From positions 203,529 through 267,528 of the forward strand of contig NW_027192202.1 in the NCBI RefSeq assembly GCF_041956535.1: DNA of 64,000 nucleotides, read 5' to 3'. This DNA comes from Calcarisporiella thermophila CBS 279.70 (lineage: Eukaryota > Fungi > Calcarisporiellomycota). The translations under genes and the position numbers were made by a program. Shown here piece after piece: positions 56,302 through 64,000 of this stretch (position 1 is its first letter; the number at the start of each line of letters is the position of its first letter). The notes beneath the pieces are model-generated. The model saw only the letters and a list, made by a program, of their open reading frames with translations, ran no database searches and was not told where the DNA came from.

Positions 56302-56955
56302 TCATGTATAGTATTCGGGTTTAGCTCCCAAATTCACGCCATACTCAGCCAGTGAAGCAGCCAGATCATCCATGGTTAACACTGTCTTGCGATCTTTTCC
56401 GTAGCGCCTCTCCTTACTGCTCTGCGCTCTGATCTTACTATGTTGATATGCGTCGGTGGCAATGTCGGCGATGAATTTTTGAGCGGCAAGAGCAAGCAGG
56501 CGCTTTCTAGTATTTTTTTTTTTTAAAAAAAAGGTAGCACATTAAATCCCCAGTGAGCGATTGAAATTTTAAAGTGATTCTATTTACATCCGCACATCAT
56601 CACAGTCGAATCCAGCACGCCCAAGATAATAGTCGGTGACAGCATCAGGGATCTAGAAAATAAAAATGTATATAATCAGAACCAAAGGAAAAAGATATTC
56701 GCATTCGACAAGCTTAATTGATGAAAGGCCAGATTGATTTGGTCAACTTACTATGGGCGTGTAATCGTTCATGGTGACCAAAAACTCGGCAAGTGTCCGA
56801 TTCTTTCGCTGCATCTTCTCTTCTCTCCACGAGACCGATGCTTTTGTATCGGCAGCAGAGGTAGGACGCTCGTCGCCTGATTCTGTATCCTCGCTGTTTG
56901 CACGGTCAACATGCATAGGATCGCTTGTGCTCTGAGATGCCGATGGTTCATCCAT
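56302..56955 (-). CDS. TAF10: TFIID/SAGA subunit 10, 3 exons
   Basis: LAEFLVTMNDYTPI|IPDAVTDYYL..RLLALAAQKFIADIATDAYQH..VLTMDDLAASLAEYGVNL..PEYY. Confidence 0.93.
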
Positions 56956-57144
56956 ATTGAACTGTGAGGAGTGATTAGAGAAGTGCTCTAGGTTTTAGGC
57001 TAAGACGCAAGAAAAGTCTATGCTAAATTTCTTCCAACTGAATTCACAAGCCACCAAATAGAGAAAACAAATGATGTTTAACTAGAGCTAATAAAATTTT
57101 CACTACCTATACAGATCAAACAGTGTTTGAAAAAATTGTACAAG

Positions 57145-58370
57145 ATGGCAGATCCCAAATTTCAATGCCGTATGTATGAAAACAAGTTCCCGGAGGTGGA
57201 CGAACTTGTGATGGTGAATGTGCGCCAAATCGCCGAAATGGGCGCGTATGTGAAACTGGTGATTATACTACTACTTTGTTAATCCTACATGCGATGCAAA
57301 TACTGAGAATTTTTTGACCATTGTTTCACTTGTTTCCTGTCACAGTTGGAATATGACAACATTGAGGGTATGATCCTTCTCTCTGAGCTGTCCCGGCGGC
57401 GCATCCGTAGTATCCAAAAATTGATTCGTGTTGGACGAAACGAGGTGGTAGTTGTAATGCGTGTTGACAAAGAAAAGGGTAAGCTTGGACTCTTTTGAGT
57501 GTCCATGTCACTTACCCTTTACTGATGCGCTTATGATTCCATAGGATATATTGATTTGTCCAAGCGCCGTGTGTCACCCGAAGAAGTCACCAAGTGCGAA
57601 GAGAAATTCCAAAAGTCCAAGGCAGTACATTCAATCCTACGCCACGTAGCCGAAAAGAAGGACATGGCGCTGGAGGATTTGTACCAGCAAATCGGATGGC
57701 CTCTCTATCGCAAATATGGACATGCATATGACGCATTTAAACTGGCAATCTTGTGGGTTACTTTCTCCATTATTCACCTCCCATCACACTGACTTAATAT
57801 GTCTCATCTCTTAGTGAGCCCGAGAAGATATTCGAGGACATGGAGATCGATCCTGATGTGATGAAGGAACTCGTCTCAAATATCCAGCGGCGGTTAACAC
57901 CTCAACCCGTCAAAATTCGTGCCGGTACCTATTCCATTCTCTTTGAAATAATTGCCTCCTCTGAAGCCTTTTTTGTAACTGAATTTTTTTTTTTCCTATC
58001 CATAGATATTGAAGTAACCTGCTTTGCCTACGAGGGGATTGAGGCCATCAAGCGTGCACTCCGCGCCGGAGAGGCTTGTCAAACGGAGAATGTCAAAATC
58101 CAAGTCAAGCTTGTAGCTCCACCCCTGTATGTCATGTACACGAACTCCCTCGACAAGGGGCTAGGAATTGAGCTGCTCGATCGGGCCATCGGCGCTATTG
58201 AGGAATCTATTAAGAAGAGCGGCGGAAAACTCACCATCAAGATGAAGCCCAAGGCCGTCACAGAAACGGAAGACGCCGAGTTGGACGCATTAATGGCGAG
58301 GGTAGAGAGAGAGAACGCAGAGGTGTCGGGCGACGAGGAGTCGGATGCAGATGGCGAGATTGATGTTTAG
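57145..58370 (+). CDS. SUI2: Translation initiation factor eIF2 alpha, 5 exons
   Basis: [34 protein letters not shown] (Ser51 site), [19 protein letters not shown]. Confidence 0.96.
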
Positions 58371-58871
58371 TTTTCTTATTAGTTGGCATTAAAATATAAA
58401 AAGGGATGCTTTGTTTGGCTTTATTTTAAACACTTAAATTCTATTCCTTTTTCTCGCTTCAAGGGGGGGAGAAGAATAAACGACGACGTTTTTATGCATT
58501 CTAAAGGAAAAGTGAAGAGTGCCTTCCCAAAATGGCCGCCCGATATTATCACATTTTATATGCGCTGGAGAGTAATATATTGAAAAAACAGCGTCATTCG
58601 GCATATAACTCTATCAATATTAGATAGCCATAGATGAGTATATTGCTGTAACCGTTTTTTTTTTTTTTTTTGAGACCCAAATCCTCAATTCATGTCGCGA
58701 AAGTTCGAGTTTTTCCAACGGAAAACAAATTCTATTAAAGTCATCTACAGTGTGATAAGATAGTCCAAAAATGCAAATCTAAAAATCCTCTACTTCCTCA
58801 TTTCCCGCCCATTTTTTTTTACTTTGTAGCAAAGTTAGAAAAGGAAGGTGGAAGAGGTTGGGAAACCATCC

Positions 58872-61463
58872 CTAATTTTCCCCAACCCCCCATTCTCCTA
58901 CCCTAATCATCGACTTTTCATCTCCTCGCGCAACCTCCTCATCCTGTAGCACACCTCCCACACACTCCCACGGGTCTCGGCCCCCTCCCCATTTAAGCAC
59001 TTCATCTCGTAGTCGCTCGCCCATTTCGCGGCTTAGCGGGTCCTTCTCGAAACACCGTGTCCAGATCCTTCGCGCAAGAACGCGATCGAAAAGATAGCTG
59101 TAATATCCCGCCCCGTAGCCAAACAAGTGCCCGAACTGCGCCTGCCACCGAGTTCCCTCAACGGGGGGATAGATACCAATGCTCGGGCTGCGTTGTAGTG
59201 AGTGAAGCTCTTCGGTGCTCGAAAAGTTAGACGCAAGCGGCCCGTGGTAGGACTGATCCAGCAGCGCCATGATAATTTGCGACTGCGTGTCCAAGGCTTG
59301 AAACACTCGTGCCTTTCTATGGGATTCCAGCAATCGGGGCGGCAACGGTTCCCTGGATTGATAGTGCCGTGCAAACAACTGGAGAACATGGGGATGAGCT
59401 GCGAAATGCTCCATCAAGATCGAGGGCAGCTCGACGAAATCCGTCGGGCAACGGGTTCCTGCCACATTGTGGAAATCAGTGCGACCCAGCATGGAATGCA
59501 TTGCATGCCCCATTTCATGGAACAGTGTTTCGGTCTCCTGCCACGAGAGGAGAGAAGGATGATTGCGACGGGGCCGACTGAAATCACAGATAAGAACCAC
59601 GATAGGCAACTGATACCTCCCCGAGCGGTTACGTAGAGGTACTCCCTCGTTGTATGGCCCAGAGAGAAGCCCCTTTTGTCGGAGCCCCTCGTCCAACTCC
59701 TCCGAGTGAAAATCACCCAATTCGTCGTCATCATCCACCCTCCGAGAGCACCTCACCGTGTAATGGGCCGCATTTGACATTTTTCCGTGGCGCGAAAATA
59801 GATCAAGATAGATCGTCCCAATTCGCCCCTCCACCTCGTCCACTACATCCAGCTTCCGTACGTCGTCGTGCCAAGTTTCTCCGGGCTGAATATCAGAAGG
59901 TTGAAGAGAGATGCCGTACAAATTATGGAAGAGACGTGATAAACCCTGCATGACGGACCCAACTGAAAAATAGGGAGAGATCGGTGAGGTTGGGCGCATC
60001 GCGTTATTGGACGTTACGATCTCGGCGAAAAACTCATGATCCCATGCATGGAAGGGTGCATCAGTCGTCCCGGTGTAAGTTCGCTTGGCCTGCTTAAGCA
60101 ATTGAAGATCCTGTTGGGCCTTAGGATGGTTGTGCTCGGCCAGAGTTCGAAGAAACATTCGCACGTTTTCTATGTGAAAAAAAGTCGCGAAAATGAGCAT
60201 ATCTTTGAGGGCTCCAGGGGGATATCTGAAAATAAAAAAAATTACCAGGATTCTTTGCCATTTTATCCGACAAGAACATGTGGGCATAGCTCTTTTGCCC
60301 CAAAAGGTTGGCCAGTTTCGATCTTGTTCTCAATAATCCCTCCAAGACGTCTACCGACTCCTCAGTGGCCGAGTTGGTAGCCATGTACATCATTTTTCTC
60401 ACTTCTTCATCCCGCACATATTTGAGCACCATTTGCGAGTCCCAAGGCAGTGTCGGTATGAACGCGGCATTCTCCTTGGGTCGCATTACTCCTTTGATAT
60501 AGGTTGGACTTAAGCCTTCAAGGCGAGACGATGGCCACACTCGTATGTGCGATGTGGCCCGAGGATTACCTTGCATGAACTGCCTGCCCAGTGTGATTAT
60601 CCGGTCGCACAAGGTGACAAACTCAGTACGTTGGGCGTGCGGCAGGTGGATTCCAGACTTTTCAAAGTCTCGGAAGAATACTTGAGCAACCTGGCGTTCC
60701 TCCAACGTTAATTGGCGAACAATATGAGGAGACTCAAGAACTTGTTTGAGTATCTAGAACAAGATCCCAAAATTGGGGGAAATCGTAAATAACCATGTAG
60801 AAATGAGAATAGAATTTCTCTCGTACTGACCTGATACAGTTGCACATTTGTATTTAATGTGTTCATGAACGTGCACAATTTCTCATAAGCACGATTTGCA
60901 GCCTCGCGCATGGCCACATCGGGATGGGCGGAACGGATGAACTCTGCTGTATCAATTACAGAGCAAAGGACATCCGACAGTCGATCCAAATTTTTCACGA
61001 CTTTCCTTAATTCGCCGTCGGAGGTTCCTGCTCTATAGAGACGCTGTACAATAAGAGTTGCTCGGTGGAGAGCTTTGTCAGCGGCATAGTCGAATCCTTC
61101 GGGCTGAGCAAGATCTGGGTTGCCGAAGAGTCCAATGCGAGCTTTTGCGCCTCCGTGCCAGTTGGTCTCGAAGACATCGCCCGCGGATAGATTGTAGCGA
61201 GGAACATGATCTTTCCATACTTGAACATCGTCGAACATCAGCCGCAAGTATTCATCTGCCCCATTCTCAGCATGCTCCACGGAGACAGTCGCAGCCCCAA
61301 GTGGCGGTGATCTCGGCGTGTTCCCAGAGTGTACATACCGAATTTTACGGCCTGAGCGTGAGCATTGGAGGCATAGCGCATTCCTTGCAGGTGTATACTG
61401 TTTGTGTGCAGTGTCAAATGAACGAAAATTCAGCAGAATGTTATTATACAGTCGGCGATGCAT
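58872..61463 (-). CDS. OCT1: Mitochondrial intermediate peptidase (M3 family), 3 exons
   Basis: Presequence; LDRLSDVLCSVIDTAEFIR..HP, DFEKSGIHL, AAHYTVRCSR, TLFHEMGHAMHS, DFVELPSILME, FGHLFGYGAGYYSY. Confidence 0.93.
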
Positions 61464-61681
61464 ATGATGATAATTAACAGAATTAATGGGAAATAAACGA
61501 AAACTATATAGGGAGGCCCACACTCTACAACGATGATAAATTGTAGAGCTCGCATCAGTTAAGATAATACAACGGCTGCGCACACAAAGTCACAAAATCA
61601 ATGTATATCGTATCTGTTTCATGATATTGATGTTTTTGTTATTCTTAGCCCTCTCTCTTACTAATTCGGAAGAAAACCAGA

Positions 61682-62814
61682 ATGTCTGCGGCAGTAGCAC
61701 CGAAGCAAAAGAAGGTCCATTACCCTTTCTGGTTAGGAGGTAATCTCTTTTGAAAACACGCAAAATTGGGTTCATTAACTCCTACCATGGCGCTCTATAG
61801 GAGCTGCGTCCTGCACCGCCACGCTTTTCTCTCACCCTCTTGACCTCACCAAGGTGCGTATGCAAACCCTTCGTGGCTCAAATCGGGGCATGCTTCGAAC
61901 CATGATGTTGGTGGTCCGTGAGGAAGGTTTTCTGGCGCTTTACAACGGGTTAACTGCCTCCCTGCTCAGGCAAGCCACCTATTCCACTGTGCGATTCGCC
62001 ATTTATGACTTCCTGAAAGAGAGGACTCAAGGTATATGGATTTGGATACGGATTTTGCTCCTGTTCTAATCACCTATTGGTTCTTCTTTCTATTCAGGTC
62101 CACTTACTATGGACAAAATGGTGTTTAATTCGGTGATTGCCGGCTGTGTTGGTGGCGTGGTGGGCAACCCAGCCGACATTGTGAATATTCGTATGCAGAA
62201 TGACGGAAACCTCCCAAAACATCTTCAAAGATCTTATCGCAATGCCCTAGATGGTTTATATCGTATTGCAAAGGAGGAGTCAATAGTTGAATTTGCGCGT
62301 GGGCTCGGCCCAAATATCGTGCGCGCAACTCTTATGACAGCATCGCAACTGGTATCCTATGACGTATTCAAAGCTTTGTTACTACAGCAAGTTGGACTAA
62401 AGGATAATGTATGGACGCATTTTGGCGCAAGTTCAATGGCTGTAAGTTCTCCCTCTCTCTTCCTGGCCTTTTGATGCCGTCGAGGCTGAAAATCCGCATT
62501 TCTTTAGGGCCTGGTTGCAACGACTGTATGTTCGCCCTTTGATGTAGTGAAAACACGAATCATGAACGCGTCCAAAGATGGGCGCAGTGCACTTGATGTT
62601 TTCAAACTCACGCTAAGGCATGAGGGGGTATCCGCATTTTTCAAGGTACGCGCTCTTGTTTGATGACCACTGTATTCAGAGTAAAAATCTCCATGACTAA
62701 TCCTACTTGTCTCTCCAGGGATGGACACCAGCCTTTATTCGGCTTGGTCCGCACACCATTGTCACATTTATGGTTTATGAGCAATTGAAGAGAGCATGGA
62801 ATAATCTGTTATAA
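61682..62814 (+). CDS. DIC1: Mitochondrial dicarboxylate carrier, 5 exons
   Basis: YPFWLG|GAAS..HPLDLTKVRMQ, LYNGLTASLLRQATYSTVRF, NPADIVNIRMQND, SPFDVVKTRIMN, GWTPAFIRLGPHT. Confidence 0.92.
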
Positions 62815-63306
62815 AACAAAGCACCAATACTGTATAAATACCCTATAGAATATATTATATATAAGTTATTGATTCTAGATAACAAGCATTTATTATTAAA
62901 TTATCGCTTTTTTTTTCTTTCAGATAAATGAAGGCGCCAGTGATGATTTTTAAAGGAAAAATTAATTGAGAGTTAGGGTTTGTGCATTTGGATGCCAACA
63001 AGAAATTGGTAAAGAGCACTGATAGTCAAGGCGCTAAACTGCAGCAGGAGTAGCGCCTTGCATTTGTTGGGTGACTCCCCCCTCAAATTTAATTTCGAAA
63101 AAAGCCGAGGTAGAACGGCATCGAAAAATGCAACCAGCTCAGTTCAATCCAAATGCTTTTATTCGGTGTATAACCAATGGGACACAAAAGCAAGACTAGA
63201 GATATATTGAACATGGGTCCATTTCGAAGACACAATGAATAAAGAGTTCCACAACAACTAAATACATTATAAACAATTGATGAACTATTCACAAATAATT
63301 AAAAGC

Positions 63307-63618
63307 CTAATCGCTCGAAGCAGACGAGACCACCACAATCTTCGAATAGGTACTGGTGGGGCTGGTCGAAGGGATGAAAGTGGCATCTTCCGAGAGCTCT
63401 GCCATTTCGTCGCCCTCTCGGCCCCAGTTGCCGCGTCCTGCGCCGCGCTTCTTTACAATGACCCGGGGGTCAGAGCTGAAACCGTTTCTACAAAGAGATG
63501 GAGTCAGTATCATCTGGAACCGGTCAAGCTGTGTATGACATTAGTCTCCCTCACTCTACCTAGAATAATGTTTTACGTCTCTGTCAGTAGAAGCAGGGTG
63601 TTTGCAAGTACGGGTCAT
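63307..63618 (-). CDS. Small Stf2/Tma10-like protein, 2 exons
   Basis: MTRTCKHPASTDRDVKHYSR|NGFSSDPRVIVKKRGAGRGNWGREGDE resembles the KKxGxGxGNWG..GDE motif; TATA-like element at about 63741-63748. Confidence 0.75.
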
Positions 63619-64000
63619 AATCAAAAGAGGAGAGAAAAAGGAAAAGAAAAAAGAAAGCTGGAGAATAGAACTTGGGAGAATAAAGATATTTAGCTAAGGT
63701 TTGGGTGAGGAAAAGGAGGAGAGTCAAGGAATTCCCCCCCTTTTTATAATTTTTCGACGGGCTTTTTCCACTCATTTTCGATCAAATTGCACAAGATATC
63801 GCGTGACTTTCTTGCGTAGCCGGTGGCTGAGGACTCCCATGCGCAGCACAGTTGGTCGCGAAAAATCTGGAACCTGCCCTCGTTCTCCATAGGGAGCATT
63901 GCGCTTACACCTCATTTGCAATTCACCCCCATCGGTGACGATTCCTCCGCCCCTCTTTAGTCTCTATCTATTATAGATCATATATTTCAGAACATGAACT

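Noticed and set aside
58872-61463. Mating-type locus next to MIP/OCT1, as in Agaricomycetes
   Set aside because: The neighbours are SUI2 and DIC1; no homeodomain or HMG gene is visible in the window.
62940-63022. Box C/D snoRNA
   Set aside because: The boxes are suitably spaced, but there is no terminal stem and I recognised no rRNA guide of 10 nt or more; not called as a feature.
63020-63070. SECIS element
   Set aside because: The stem and AAA loop look similar, but the AUGA/GA quartet is missing on both strands and the flanking genes have no in-frame UGA.
63772-63963. Possible terminal exon of a gene outside the window (minus strand, 64 open codons)
   Set aside because: No recognisable homology; it lies in the STF2-like promoter region and cannot be tested at the window edge.

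Overview
Gene-dense, intron-rich eukaryotic DNA. Short GT-AG introns of about 50-165 nt and the protein sequences point to an early-diverging fungus, probably Mucoromycota (inference). I can support one tRNA-Gln(UUG) and about 29 protein-coding genes. Most are conserved housekeeping genes: DED1, a TFB1M-like methyltransferase, PCF11, cyclin C, EPL1, peroxisomal thiolase, CCC2, TPC1, IDH1, an SR protein, UTP11, ERV29, SLC1, ATG29, CGR1, SPA2, UGP1, TAF10, eIF2alpha, OCT1, DIC1 and an STF2-like gene. Several pairs are divergent with only 190-300 bp between start codons. I see no transposase, CRISPR array, rRNA or biosynthetic cluster, and no clear multi-gene novel system. The best leads are single loci: (1) an uncharacterised AAG/MPG-like DNA glycosylase-fold protein with an NLS and HTH; (2) a group II NME/NDK gene with an upstream signal-peptide exon; (3) a GPI-type protein with a Cu/Zn-SOD fold but no metal-binding histidines; (4) a 10-Cys secreted peptide missed by the ORF track; (5) a 3'-UTR intron in the SR gene; (6) a perfect 18-bp inverted repeat. 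All exon structures were deduced by eye and family calls come from motif recognition, not database searches.
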